DNA of 64,000 nt, from IMG/VR virus record IMGVR_UViG_3300023096_000001, positions 6,134-70,133 of that record. One strand, 5' to 3'. The notes below the pieces were generated by a model, which saw only the letters and a list, made by a program, of their open reading frames with translations, did not search any database and was not told the DNA's origin. Of this stretch, positions 17,047 through 26,399 are shown piece after piece. Both the position numbers and the translations under genes were made by a program. Numbering within the stretch: position 1 is the first letter of the stretch; every line of letters starts with the position of its first letter. This DNA comes from a virus.

Positions 17047-17345
17047 TCTATAATACTGTCGATAAAAATAACCAGTCCAGCAATACCCTTTTCAGGGCTC
17101 ACATTCTTAAGGTGATACTGTAACCCGATAGAATCAAGCGTTTTGCAAATCACCTTTGTATTGTCGCTATAACGGGTAGATTTTTCGGAAATGTGTTCTT
17201 TTACGGGTTTGATCAACCGCTCGCCTGTTAGCACCCCAAAAATAGCCTTGTAGGCGGTGGACTGCTTAGGGAGTGGATAAGCGTTGGATTTTTTCGTTAA
17301 GGCGTCCAGCGCTGAAATTAGTGCGCCTTTGGATAGTGTTGTCAT
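17043..17345 (-). CDS. hypothetical phage protein
   Basis: 100 aa ORF. Confidence 0.6.
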   Translation of the reverse strand: MTTLSKGALISALDALTKKSNAYPLPKQSTAYKAIFGVLTGERLIKPVKEHISEKSTRYSDNTKVICKTLDSIGLQYHLKNVSPEKGIAGLVIFIDSIIE

Positions 17346-17350
17346 GAGTT

Positions 17351-17551
17351 TTAGTTTAAATAGTGTGTCGGGACTAATTTATATAAGTAATACCAATCTC
17401 TACCCTCGCTGTCTCTTTCTAGCCCAATGGCATAATCAAACTGTTTAGGGTATGACCCGTATTTATTTTCTTCTACCAAGTTCTCAATAAAAGATATTTC
17501 ATATTGATCCTTTGGGAATTTATTTGTTTCTATTAAAGCTTTAAGTGCCAT
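17351..17551 (-). CDS. hypothetical phage protein
   Basis: 66 aa ORF. Confidence 0.55.
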   Translation of the reverse strand: MALKALIETNKFPKDQYEISFIENLVEENKYGSYPKQFDYAIGLERDSEGRDWYYLYKLVPTHYLN

Positions 17552-17558
17552 TTTTTAA

Positions 17559-18005
17559 TTATTTTATCGGTTCCAAAATTAATTCTGTTAGAATCCTTTG
17601 CTCCTCATTTCCCATTAAAAGATCGTTTTCGAATTTATCCAACAACACCATGCAGGCGCGGTGTGCTTTACGGGATGCCTTCAGTTCCGGGTCGCACCCA
17701 ATTGCATCACAGTATGAAGGAAATGACATCTTACCTAAATCTGCTTTACTAATCGCATATACGAGTATATTTAAAAGGCGATCTTCGCTTAGTGTTGTAA
17801 TACCTTGCTTAAACTCCGCAGCGGTGCCGTAATGGATAAAATTCATACTATACCCTGTTTCGTTGTTACGCACCTTCACGCGGTATTTATTGTGGCTTGT
17901 CGCGTAAAGGGCACGTCCTTCGGATTTGTACGCTCCAAAGGGATCTTTTACACCCTCCTGGAGGAGTTCCGCTGAGAGGGTGTATTTTTGGATGATTGTT
18001 TTCAT
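17559..18005 (-). CDS. hypothetical early phage protein
   Basis: 148 aa, follows ardA. Confidence 0.65.
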   Translation of the reverse strand: MKTIIQKYTLSAELLQEGVKDPFGAYKSEGRALYATSHNKYRVKVRNNETGYSMNFIHYGTAAEFKQGITTLSEDRLLNILVYAISKADLGKMSFPSYCDAIGCDPELKASRKAHRACMVLLDKFENDLLMGNEEQRILTELILEPIK

Positions 18006-18007
18006 GA

Positions 18008-18589
18008 TTATAGATTATAATTGCGTGGGTTTTCAATCATATCTTTTATAATTTCTTCTTGATCGATATGGCTCATGAGAGACCATTTATCGATACTCTC
18101 TAAGTTCCCATACCCGTTGAATTTAATATAATCGTCTGACCAATTTACTTGTCCGAAAGATGCAGCACGCGCCGCCTCCATTGGTTTTCCATCGAAATAT
18201 ATATTAAAAAAATCATCGTCAAAATCAAATATTTGATTATCAGGGTCGCTTTCTCCACAATACGTATTATGAGCACTCAACCAATCCGAATCGTCCCAGC
18301 CATCAATTTTTGCAGCAAAATCCACTAGCTCGTAAATCTTGTCTACGTCACCTTCAGAAAGTGATTCACTGTAAAGCTTTTCCGGCAGGTTTTCGAAGTC
18401 CTGAAACATAAATTCCGGATCCGCCTCGTCAGAATGCAGCTCTTTACAGGCATTGAAAAATTCTTCTGAATCGTTGTAGTCTGAAAATTTCAACCATTTG
18501 CCCGTTAAATCACCATTGTTGTATTTCGCATAAGTGCCACAATAAACAGATGCTTCTGAAAGGTTTGAGTAATCGATTTGAGTTGCCAT
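18008..18589 (-). CDS. ardA: ArdA antirestriction protein (DNA mimic, inhibits type I R-M)
   Basis: YCGTYAKYNNGDLTGKW...EEF..AC...DPEFMFQDFENLP; very acidic. Confidence 0.9.
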   Translation of the reverse strand: MATQIDYSNLSEASVYCGTYAKYNNGDLTGKWLKFSDYNDSEEFFNACKELHSDEADPEFMFQDFENLPEKLYSESLSEGDVDKIYELVDFAAKIDGWDDSDWLSAHNTYCGESDPDNQIFDFDDDFFNIYFDGKPMEAARAASFGQVNWSDDYIKFNGYGNLESIDKWSLMSHIDQEEIIKDMIENPRNYNL

Positions 18590-18631
18590 GCTTGAAAGTT
18601 ATTATAAGGTTAGAATGTTTTGCCGTTTGGC

Positions 18632-18683
18632 TTATGTCAAAGGTAAGAAGATTATTTTAATATCCAACACTTTTATTAAAATA
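18632..18683 (-). promoter_or_regulatory. early promoter cassette, copy 1
   Basis: -7 TACCTTTG; shares 19 bp caacacttttattaaaata with 21362-21413 at identical offset. Confidence 0.7.
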
Positions 18684-18691
18684 TTTTTAAT

Positions 18692-18883
18692 TTATTTTTC
18701 TGTGTGGTGCTCCTGGTAAAAGAGAAGTGCCTTATCAATGTAATCCGACTTGATATCTGCTTTTAATAGCCCTTGTAGCACTTCTTCGCAGGGTGAGTAC
18801 GTAATGTGATATTTTGCGGCGTTCTTTGCTTTGCGCCCTCCTTTGCCGTGTAGCCCCGTACCGGGTTTTCTTTGTTTTTCCAT
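18692..18883 (-). CDS. small putative DNA-binding protein
   Basis: basic GKGGRK segment then strand plus helices (RHH-like). Confidence 0.45.
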   Translation of the reverse strand: MEKQRKPGTGLHGKGGRKAKNAAKYHITYSPCEEVLQGLLKADIKSDYIDKALLFYQEHHTEK

Positions 18884-18956
18884 GCCTTAAAAATACATCC
18901 TTTACAGGAAATAGTATAGTGAAATTTTAATTTAAAAAGAGTATAAATTGTGAACG

Positions 18957-18995
18957 GAACAACCCTTTAAAGTGTTGTGTATTAAAGGGTTGTTC
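18957..18995. repeat. perfect 14-bp inverted repeat (hairpin/terminator or operator)
   Basis: GAACAACCCTTTAA-N11-TTAAAGGGTTGTTC. Confidence 0.7.
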
Positions 18996-19007
18996 TTTGA
19001 AATTGTG

Positions 19008-19649
19008 TTAATGATTGGCCTCGTAAAATGCCTGGCAGAAACCTGACGGCGTTACGCTTCTCAGTTCCTTTGTTTGTTCGGATTTACCGCCCAGGTTTCT
19101 CCAACCCGGATTTTCTTTGTAGTGAGGCTCCAGTCTTTTCTTATCCGGGATATTAAACTCTCCCCAAAGCCATGTTGCCTTGTTGTAGCGGTCCTTATCG
19201 GGGTCAGGCGCATACCCAGCATAGTCGCACGGGTTGAATTTCATAAAAGGTTTGCCTAACCAAGGATTGAGAGTATGGATGCGCGACATAGGATTTTCAA
19301 GTTGCCAGAAAAGAAGATTGTAATTTCCTTTTACGTAATCAATGATTTCTTTTGTCTTCGCAACTAATTTCTGGCTTTGCTGTGTTCGTCCGTCTATGTC
19401 CTTAAGTGCAAAATGTCTCGCACCTGATAGCGCATAATCTGTGCAGGGCGGCATAGCTATGATTCCTATATTAAGTTTCTCTTTTTTGATATACATATCT
19501 TCTATGCCTTTGAGGATTGTCTTATAATCCCATGTTAGTATATCTGTATTATGCTTTATGTCTATTTGCAGTACAATCCAGCCGGCATCTTTGTAGGGTT
19601 TTGAATGATTGCCACTATGATCGAAAAGACTTATTAATATGTTTTTCAT
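19008..19649 (-). CDS. phage C5-cytosine DNA methyltransferase-like protein
   Basis: SLFDHSG motif I, PPCT catalytic motif, ENP motif, KATWLWG. Confidence 0.75.
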   Translation of the reverse strand: MKNILISLFDHSGNHSKPYKDAGWIVLQIDIKHNTDILTWDYKTILKGIEDMYIKKEKLNIGIIAMPPCTDYALSGARHFALKDIDGRTQQSQKLVAKTKEIIDYVKGNYNLLFWQLENPMSRIHTLNPWLGKPFMKFNPCDYAGYAPDPDKDRYNKATWLWGEFNIPDKKRLEPHYKENPGWRNLGGKSEQTKELRSVTPSGFCQAFYEANH

Positions 19650-19669
19650 CCTAAAAAGTTTTAAATTGT

Positions 19670-20029
19670 TTATTGATTAGCGCGTCTCACATGTGAAGGT
19701 ACGCAAACAAGGTTATCGTTATCAATCACAACATCCACGACATCACAATCACCAATGGTACAGTGACGGATAATCTGAACGGAATGTACTTTGCCGTTGA
19801 TGTCGAAAGAATACACATCTTGTTCGTCTTCCAGCTCAATAAGGATATCCTCAACGCGTTTGTCTGCCTTGTAAAGCACGTGCAAGCCGTCTTGCGCTTC
19901 AAAGATCCGTTTAATGGGTGCCGGAAAAGGTTTACTGTCTTGCGAGTTTAGCCCTATATAGAAGGCACTCATAGCAATAAAAACGCTTGCACCGATTACT
20001 GTTGATATTTTTATGCTGTTCATGGTCAT
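19670..20029 (-). CDS. membrane-anchored/secreted hypothetical protein
   Basis: N-terminal hydrophobic VIGASVFIAMSAFYIG. Confidence 0.55.
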   Translation of the reverse strand: MTMNSIKISTVIGASVFIAMSAFYIGLNSQDSKPFPAPIKRIFEAQDGLHVLYKADKRVEDILIELEDEQDVYSFDINGKVHSVQIIRHCTIGDCDVVDVVIDNDNLVCVPSHVRRANQ

Positions 20030-20160
20030 TGCTTTTTATATAAGTACAGTAAAAAATCCTTTAATCTGATTTGTATTTCAGAGGCATTCAATTCGAAATC
20101 GGGGTTTTTCAACCAAACTTTCATATTAATATGCCTATGTATTCTTAAATTCTTCATGGG

Positions 20161-20412
20161 TTAATAATTTAAAAAGTGTCTCAAATTTTCCAGCTGCAAC
20201 GGCTCTGAAACCGGTATTAAAGTGCCCTCTTTCAGGGTAATTTCCTGGTAGCTCCCGTCTGGCTTGCATGTAAGCAAAGAATCAAAACTTTCACGGGTTT
20301 CGTGCTTGTAATAAGTTCCTGATACAATCACCGTTGAAGGGGATAATCTTTTAAGAACGCATCCGTGCATTCTTAGAGCCTTGATGATTATTTCTGATAA
20401 TGTATTTTCCAT
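20161..20412 (-). CDS. hypothetical phage protein
   Basis: 83 aa ORF. Confidence 0.55.
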   Translation of the reverse strand: MENTLSEIIIKALRMHGCVLKRLSPSTVIVSGTYYKHETRESFDSLLTCKPDGSYQEITLKEGTLIPVSEPLQLENLRHFLNY

Positions 20413-20488
20413 CTTATAAAGTTGTTTTAAAAAGTTTATTGCTGCGAAAATACCCTCGCGCGCGTAGGGAAAGGTACTTTTTGAAGGG

Positions 20489-20824
20489 TTATTCTAGCTT
20501 ATAAATAAATAAGTTTAACTTTTCATCAAATTCAATAATATTAATAAGCTCTCTAACTGCTTGCTTACCCGCCTCGGTTAAAGAATACCAACATAAACAC
20601 CTTTTTTGCTCCGTGTACACTTCATGAAGGTATATTTTAGAGGTTTTAACCTTAGAAGGGTAATTTAATAATAATAATTTCTGATCAACATTTCCGTTAT
20701 GGTATTCCATAACTCTTCTATATGATTCAAGAAGGTTTATAAATTGACTCATTGACAGGTTGAATTTTGATCGCCACTTATTTATTAAGCTCCACTTATC
20801 AAATCCTATTGGTGTAATATCCAT
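20489..20824 (-). CDS. hypothetical protein, possible wHTH
   Basis: WYSLTEAGKQAVREL wing-like motif. Confidence 0.45.
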   Translation of the reverse strand: MDITPIGFDKWSLINKWRSKFNLSMSQFINLLESYRRVMEYHNGNVDQKLLLLNYPSKVKTSKIYLHEVYTEQKRCLCWYSLTEAGKQAVRELINIIEFDEKLNLFIYKLE

Positions 20825-20850
20825 AATTGAAAATTCGTTAAAAGATTAAA

Positions 20851-21078
20851 TTAAAATGATTTGTAAAGAGCTATTAATTTCACAGCCATCGTCGGCTCAT
20901 CCACTTCCAAGGGATCCACACTATACCCATACTCACTCATAGCCTCCATAATGCAGGCATCCGAGCCACAAGAATTCGACGCAGCCATCAGCCCGTCAAG
21001 GTAATTCTTATGCGCGAACCCTGAAAGGATCAAAAGCCCGAAACATAGGCATAAAAAGGAGAATTGTGATTTTTTCAT
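20851..21078 (-). CDS. secreted/membrane small protein
   Basis: N-terminal hydrophobic signal-like segment. Confidence 0.55.
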   Translation of the reverse strand: MKKSQFSFLCLCFGLLILSGFAHKNYLDGLMAASNSCGSDACIMEAMSEYGYSVDPLEVDEPTMAVKLIALYKSF

Positions 21079-21110
21079 CTTGTTAAGTGTTAGAATGTGA
21101 AAAAGATTAG

Positions 21111-21326
21111 TTAAATAAGCTGAAAATATTCCTTCATTTGTTGAATGTTATAACCTGCCGCTGATTCAACCAAATATACCCTACTTCCTGTATTGTAATC
21201 AATAGTTAGAACATCACCCATCTTAATCGATTCACATGTTAAGTCATTCATTCTACTTACATTTTTTAAGGCTGAAACTTTTGCACCTCTGAAACAATCC
21301 GAGTATTTTTTAATTTTGGTTGCCAT
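21111..21326 (-). CDS. first gene of leftward early operon, hypothetical
   Basis: 71 aa directly after promoter cassette. Confidence 0.55.
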   Translation of the reverse strand: MATKIKKYSDCFRGAKVSALKNVSRMNDLTCESIKMGDVLTIDYNTGSRVYLVESAAGYNIQQMKEYFQLI

Positions 21327-21361
21327 TTTATTTAAGCGGTTAGAATGTTATCTTTTGATTG

Positions 21362-21413
21362 TTATGTAAATATAATACCGATATAATTAATAAACAACAC
21401 TTTTATTAAAATA
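21362..21413 (-). promoter_or_regulatory. early promoter cassette, copy 2
   Basis: -7 TATATTTA; near duplicate of 18632-18683. Confidence 0.65.
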
Positions 21414-21721
21414 AATGCCTGAAATCTGTTATTTATAAAGAGTATTGATAATAAACTGTATTCCTTGTAAAATGCAACGCTTGAAAGGTAAACCCTTAGA
21501 GAATATCGTTACAAAGGATTAGAATAATGCAAGTGTAATGTTACAAGATTAATCCCGAAAAGGTCAGTAAACTTGACAAAAGGCACTAACAAAATTATAT
21601 TTGATAAAATAACCCACGAAAAAGGTTAATACTAGTAAATAGTTCCCGAAAAGGTTAATCCAAAAACGATCATAAAAGATTAAATTTGATCATATTTGAT
21701 CTGAAAGGGGATTGGTTGTTT

Positions 21722-21729
21722 TATATTTG
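21722..21729 (+). promoter_or_regulatory. -7 box of RepL-like gene promoter
   Basis: TATATTTG about 25 nt upstream of ATG 21755. Confidence 0.6.
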
Positions 21730-21754
21730 CCTTTTTCGAGTAAAATCCACTAAA

Positions 21755-22219
21755 ATGCGTCAAAATACAGTAATACAACCCGTTAAAAGTGGAATCGGTT
21801 ATCCGTTAACCCTTTCGGAGCCTACTTTTTCAGAGGATATTGCTTTGACTATTAACCCTTTAGGTGAATATGCCGATAATAACCCCTGTCACGTACATTT
21901 TGACGCAAGACTTTTGTTTGAGCTAACTGTCAGGGTTACGCCTGTAGCGATACGCGCCTATATGGCACTTTTAACAAGGTTAATCCGTAACGATCAGCCT
22001 GTATACTTTACTTCTGGAGAGATGAAAATTGCTATCAATCAATGCCTGAAGAGTTGCAAGGTTCAGCTAGCCTTTAAAGAGCTGGAGCGCGAAAAGGCTG
22101 TATTCAGACAGAAAGGCGACTATAACAATTTCTACATCAACCCTCTTTTCGCATGGACCGGCGACAGGATGCAATACTTTGACCCAGCTACCTTACCGCT
22201 ACTCCCCGAAGAAGATTAA
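21755..22219 (+). CDS. RepL-like winged-HTH replication protein 1
   Basis: AFKELEREK...FYINPLFAWTGDR RepL-type C-terminus; ATG 21755 in frame with track ORF. Confidence 0.6.
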   Translation: MRQNTVIQPVKSGIGYPLTLSEPTFSEDIALTINPLGEYADNNPCHVHFDARLLFELTVRVTPVAIRAYMALLTRLIRNDQPVYFTSGEMKIAINQCLKSCKVQLAFKELEREKAVFRQKGDYNNFYINPLFAWTGDRMQYFDPATLPLLPEED

Positions 22220-22242
22220 CTCTGTCAAAGAAACTTTGCGTA

Positions 22243-22272
22243 GGTCAATCTCGAAAGGGTTGACCTTTTTTT
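22243..22272 (+). terminator. intrinsic terminator after RepL-like gene 1
   Basis: AGGTCAATC-TCGAAAG-GGTTGACCT then T-run. Confidence 0.7.
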
Positions 22273-23246
22273 GTTTGTACTTGACTGGGTTAACCTTTTC
22301 AGCGTCTACCCCTTCTGACATTTTCCCTGGAAAGGTATTCCTTGGGAATGTTCCCTTAAAAAACAACCTCTGGCGGTATGCTCCCCTAAAAGGTGCCTTC
22401 TTGGCAAGGTTTTCTCCTCAGGATTGTTGCTTTGAAGGGTTCGCCCCGAAAAGGGTGGAGCTCTTGAAAGGGTTGGATCTTTGAAAAGGGATTCCTTACG
22501 GGATCTTTTTTGACAAATAGGCCGGGGTATACTTGAAACGCGATCAGATGGGGCCATGAAAATACCCCGGTTTAGCTTTGGTATGCCAAACAAGTTTTCC
22601 TAAATAAGGTTACCCTTTTCGGGGTCACTTATTTAATAGCCTTTTTTCGCGTTAACCCTTTTCCTGAGAACCCTCCTTGTTTCAACCCTTTTCCGCACCA
22701 ACCTTTTTCAGAGCACTTCCTTTCAGGTTATTCTTTGTCGTACCATCCCTTTCACATTCTTTTTCTCTTTCAAAGTTATCCTTGGATAGAATCTGACTTT
22801 TACCGGGGCTTATTTACAGACGCACCCCGGAAAAGAAGTATAGTGTCAAATTTAACCTGTGAGAGGTTTTCTTTGTGTGGGTAATGTAATTGGGTTACTT
22901 TTGGGAGAAAGTCGCTTAGGGGTTAAATTTTGGGTCAATAATTTGGTGGTAGTTTTATTTTCAGGAAATCATTTACAGAATTGCCTTGTTTGGTATGCCT
23001 GACCTCGGTAATATCTAGGTCAGGGTTTTTACAGAAAATGCTTCTGAAAAGTTTGTATTTATTACAGTTTATTAATACAAATTTATTTTTAGGTATAAAT
23101 CGTTAAAAAAGCGCCAATAAAGCGCACAGGTAAAGATAATTGGGTACTAAATTTTTCATTTCAAAACTAAATTTTAAGTAAACTATTTTATACTTAATTT
23201 AATAGGTATAAATACTAAACATTTGGCGATTCAATAAATATTTAGT

Positions 23247-23254
23247 AAATTTGG
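23247..23254 (+). promoter_or_regulatory. -7 box for rightward operon
   Basis: TAAATTTG with upstream TTTG, ahead of ATG 23277. Confidence 0.65.
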
Positions 23255-23276
23255 TTTATAATTAAAATAGTGTAAT

Positions 23277-23786
23277 ATGTCGTCAAATAAAAAGCCAATC
23301 TTTAATGATCAAGAGATAGGAGGTAATCCTTTTGTTGGAGATTTAGAGATAAAGGTTGTTGAAAGAATCATAGAAGGCCAATTTATAAAAGGAGATGATG
23401 GGTACGTCAGAGCTAAAGTTCAGCTAGAGTATGACATTTACGCTAAGCTATATACGGATGCTAAACGCAGGAAGGAAATAAATGAATTGCCACTCCGTTC
23501 GAAAGAGATATTATTGTGGCTGCTGTTTTCTTTAAGTCCAGGTAAGGATTATGTATGGATCAATAAAAGGCGCTATATGAAGGAATGCAACGTCTCTTCG
23601 ATCGATACGTATAAAAATGCTTTGAAAGAGCTTATAAAGAAAAAATACCTTTGCTATTCGGTCATGCCTGATGTCTTCTGGATTAATCCTTACAAGTTCT
23701 TTAAAGGCAGTAGAGTTAATAAATTCCCTGACAAGGTGGTTTTGTATAAGCCTAAGCTGGAAGATAGAGAAGATGATGATTTTTAA
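23277..23786 (+). CDS. RepL-like winged-HTH replication protein 2
   Basis: TYKNALKELIKKKYL...FWINPYKFFKGSR; aligns by eye with 21755..22219. Confidence 0.65.
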   Translation: MSSNKKPIFNDQEIGGNPFVGDLEIKVVERIIEGQFIKGDDGYVRAKVQLEYDIYAKLYTDAKRRKEINELPLRSKEILLWLLFSLSPGKDYVWINKRRYMKECNVSSIDTYKNALKELIKKKYLCYSVMPDVFWINPYKFFKGSRVNKFPDKVVLYKPKLEDREDDDF

Positions 23787-23815
23787 TTAATAATTTAAAT
23801 ATATAAAAATAAACA

Positions 23816-24043
23816 ATGAAGGCACTCAAGATGAAAAACAGTCCTGACGAAAACCCGATTTGGGGTAGGATCAGAGAACCGATGTACATCCCTCAGCGGT
23901 GCAAGATGCCAGAGATTGTTCTAGACTTCTGGACGAATGATATATTGATGGATAATACCGCAAATGGGGCTGCTGCGAGTAAGTGGGAATTTGTAAATAT
24001 TGACGTCAAAATAAACAGACAAAATGAAAATATACTTCAGTAA
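23816..24043 (+). CDS. hypothetical phage protein
   Basis: 75 aa ORF. Confidence 0.45.
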   Translation: MKALKMKNSPDENPIWGRIREPMYIPQRCKMPEIVLDFWTNDILMDNTANGAAASKWEFVNIDVKINRQNENILQ

Positions 24044-24302
24044 AGAATCAAGTAACTTAACTATAGAAAATCAAACATATAAACCTGATTTCATCTGGGG
24101 TAATGACGCTACTTTTAAAGTAGGCGTTAATGGTAAAATTAATGCCAATATAGTCGTCGGTCATCTAAACTATTATATAGATGATAGGTGGGTTGAAGAA
24201 GAAGAGTTCAAGCAGAGACTAGAAATGGACAGAGGTACGGAGCTAGAATATTTCGTATTAGCAATATTTGTTACAATATTTATTTATATGTTAACTCAAT
24301 AG
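24024..24302 (+). CDS. hypothetical protein with C-terminal TM helix
   Basis: ends YFVLAIFVTIFIYML. Confidence 0.5.
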   Translation: MKIYFSKESSNLTIENQTYKPDFIWGNDATFKVGVNGKINANIVVGHLNYYIDDRWVEEEEFKQRLEMDRGTELEYFVLAIFVTIFIYMLTQ

Positions 24303-24478
24303 ATAAAATGACTTCTTACAGGAAATTTTTTAAAAATAAATACGTAAGTAAACCTAGTAAGCTTCTGATTAACGGCAGTATATTTCTATTCTATTCAAAA
24401 ACCCAAAAAAATAAATTTTTAATTAAATGTCTTCTTAAACAAAAGGAATGAAAAATTTATCTTAATCTTTAAAGAATA

Positions 24479-24715
24479 ATGTATAAAAAATCATTGTATG
24501 GGTATGTTATTGAAGCAAAGAAAATAAGAAGCTGGTTCGATACAGATGGAGTTAAGCATGAAGACACTTATTGGATTTTGCATTATGGAAACAGAATCTA
24601 TAGCAATAAAATTGCTGCTCAGGAGGCTATAACTCATATTAGAGAAAACTCATACTGGAAAACAAAAGAGTTTAGAATTAAACCTCTGTATCAATTCATA
24701 GAAACAAACCCATGA
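24479..24715 (+). CDS. hypothetical phage protein
   Basis: 78 aa ORF. Confidence 0.6.
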   Translation: MYKKSLYGYVIEAKKIRSWFDTDGVKHEDTYWILHYGNRIYSNKIAAQEAITHIRENSYWKTKEFRIKPLYQFIETNP

Positions 24716-24888
24716 AAAACTACCTCCGCCGCGCGCCCACCCTTCGCGAGATCATCCTTTCCCAGGTTCCGCTTGCGATCTATGCGAATAGGTTTCCGAA
24801 GCATGCTGTGACTTATAACCTTCAAAGGAATTATATTCAAGGAAGTCTGAGTAAATTATCTAAATGGAAGTTTAAGAATAAAGTATGA
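24712..24888 (+). CDS. small basic protein (58 aa)
   Basis: Read by hand; ATGA overlaps on both sides. Confidence 0.5.
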   Translation: MKNYLRRAPTLREIILSQVPLAIYANRFPKHAVTYNLQRNYIQGSLSKLSKWKFKNKV

Positions 24889-25259
24889 AACCAACCATCA
24901 AAGAAGTTGCCGAAGAGATTGAGCTATCAGTGGTGGCCGGTAATCAATGGTCTCAGTTGATGGAAGCGGCAAAGTTTATTGATAAGTTGTACAACCCCGT
25001 TCGAAAATCTTTAAAAGAACTTTGGAGGGATGAGCCATCTTGTCGAGCAATCTTCAGAGAAGTGTTTCCCACAGATGAACTTGAAAAGATTACACCTGGC
25101 GCAGGTATCTTGAAGGGTGAAATGGGTTACACCGTTTGGATTAGAGCAAGAGGTGATGTTAGGTTTTATTTGAATTATGACTTAATAGAAGTCAGCGTTT
25201 CAATATTCAAATTAGTAGACCTTATTCGAGAATTAGGATATGAACCAATGAAAGTATGA
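24885..25259 (+). CDS. hypothetical phage protein
   Basis: 124 aa ORF. Confidence 0.65.
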   Translation: MKPTIKEVAEEIELSVVAGNQWSQLMEAAKFIDKLYNPVRKSLKELWRDEPSCRAIFREVFPTDELEKITPGAGILKGEMGYTVWIRARGDVRFYLNYDLIEVSVSIFKLVDLIRELGYEPMKV

Positions 25260-25405
25260 AGCCAACCGATGAGAGCACTTTAATCATGATGAAAGGAATA
25301 GGCATCATGGTCTTACTGCTCATATTTTTAGAGTATACGCCTGAAATGATTCGTTACGCAAATTTAATTATAAAAAGAGTTGTGAATTTAATAAATAAAC
25401 CTTAA
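25256..25405 (+). CDS. small single-TM protein (49 aa)
   Basis: Read by hand: MKPTDESTLIMMKGIGIMVLLLIFLEY...; ATGA overlap. Confidence 0.45.
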   Translation: MKPTDESTLIMMKGIGIMVLLLIFLEYTPEMIRYANLIIKRVVNLINKP

Positions 25406-25416
25406 ATGATACTACT

Positions 25417-25989
25417 GTGATTGATATAACCAAAACATATAAAACATTTTCAGGTAATCCAGTTAAACTGCTGCTTATTGAAGGAGAATTTGTTCATGGC
25501 CTTTATAGGCAAAAAGAAGAGCAGATGCCTGTTGGGTCACCTACGGGATGGGTTCCTATGCTTTGGGTTGTTAAAAATGGATTTCCTTGTGGGGGCATTA
25601 ATGATAATTACGTCGAAGAATTTAAGCTCGTGGAAAGTAAAGAAGTAAAACAAATAAGTCATACGATTTTTGTCGGGACAGATGGATTTTGCAGTAATAT
25701 GATAACAGCTCTTCCTGATGGATCAATTTTTGCAAGATTTACGATTAACGCCGAGATTGAAGAAGGGTCGAATAAAGTTTTTTATTTACAAGACGAGCCT
25801 GATAATATTACAAAATTTAATCTAACACATTCTGAGTCTCGGGCTTTGCAGGCTATTGCTTGTTACGGGACTGACGCCTTTTTGAAGGTTTTTTATGAGA
25901 AGTTAGGGAAGCACTACCTTCAACCTAATGAGTTATCAATAAGATCACTTTTTGCGAAGATACAAAAAGCATTACCATCTTTAAAATAA
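25417..25989 (+). CDS. hypothetical phage protein
   Basis: 190 aa ORF. Confidence 0.6.
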   Translation: MIDITKTYKTFSGNPVKLLLIEGEFVHGLYRQKEEQMPVGSPTGWVPMLWVVKNGFPCGGINDNYVEEFKLVESKEVKQISHTIFVGTDGFCSNMITALPDGSIFARFTINAEIEEGSNKVFYLQDEPDNITKFNLTHSESRALQAIACYGTDAFLKVFYEKLGKHYLQPNELSIRSLFAKIQKALPSLK

Positions 25990-26167
25990 TCCTTAAACAG
26001 CAATCCCATGACAAAGCAGCAGCAAGAAAGAAAATGGTGGGGCGGGAACAACGCCAGAAAAGCAAACTTTGCCGTGATTGGCAAAAGAGAGCGCAAAGAA
26101 GCGGAACTGCAGGAAAAGGCGGACCGAAAGTGGAGGCCTTGAAGATTATTTTTTTTAACAATGAAAA

Positions 26168-26326
26168 ATGGAACTTACTCGTACAACGATAACCTTGCCA
26201 AAAGAAATCCGGCCAGAGTTTATTAAAGACGTGCCAGAAGCTGTAGAGGTGGAGGGCGTCACATACATCCGGGAAGATATTGTTCAAAAGGCACTCAAAA
26301 CAAAGTTTGAAAATTCACAGAATTAA
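26168..26326 (+). CDS. small hypothetical protein (52 aa)
   Basis: Read by hand: MELTRTTITLPKEIRPEFIKDVPEAVEVEGVTYIREDIVQ... Confidence 0.45.
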   Translation: MELTRTTITLPKEIRPEFIKDVPEAVEVEGVTYIREDIVQKALKTKFENSQN

Positions 26327-26399
26327 ATTAATTTTGAAGCCTACACTTTATGTTTTTTTTCTTCTAATTCTTTGTAGTGCTGGTCCCATTGCAAAACAT

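Larger units (their letters stand above)
21480..22840. repeat. dispersed convergent GAAAAGG(G/T)T repeat array, putative origin/iterons
   Basis: more than 15 degenerate copies, mostly + oriented left of ~22546 and - oriented right of it. Confidence 0.7.

Noticed and set aside
22179-22593. Track ORFs 22179..22484 (+) and 22306..22593 (-)
   Set aside because: They cross a terminator and the repeat array; the low-complexity translations reflect the repeats
21480-22840. CRISPR array or anti-CRISPR mini-array
   Set aside because: Repeats are short (8-11 bp), degenerate, irregularly spaced and switch orientation
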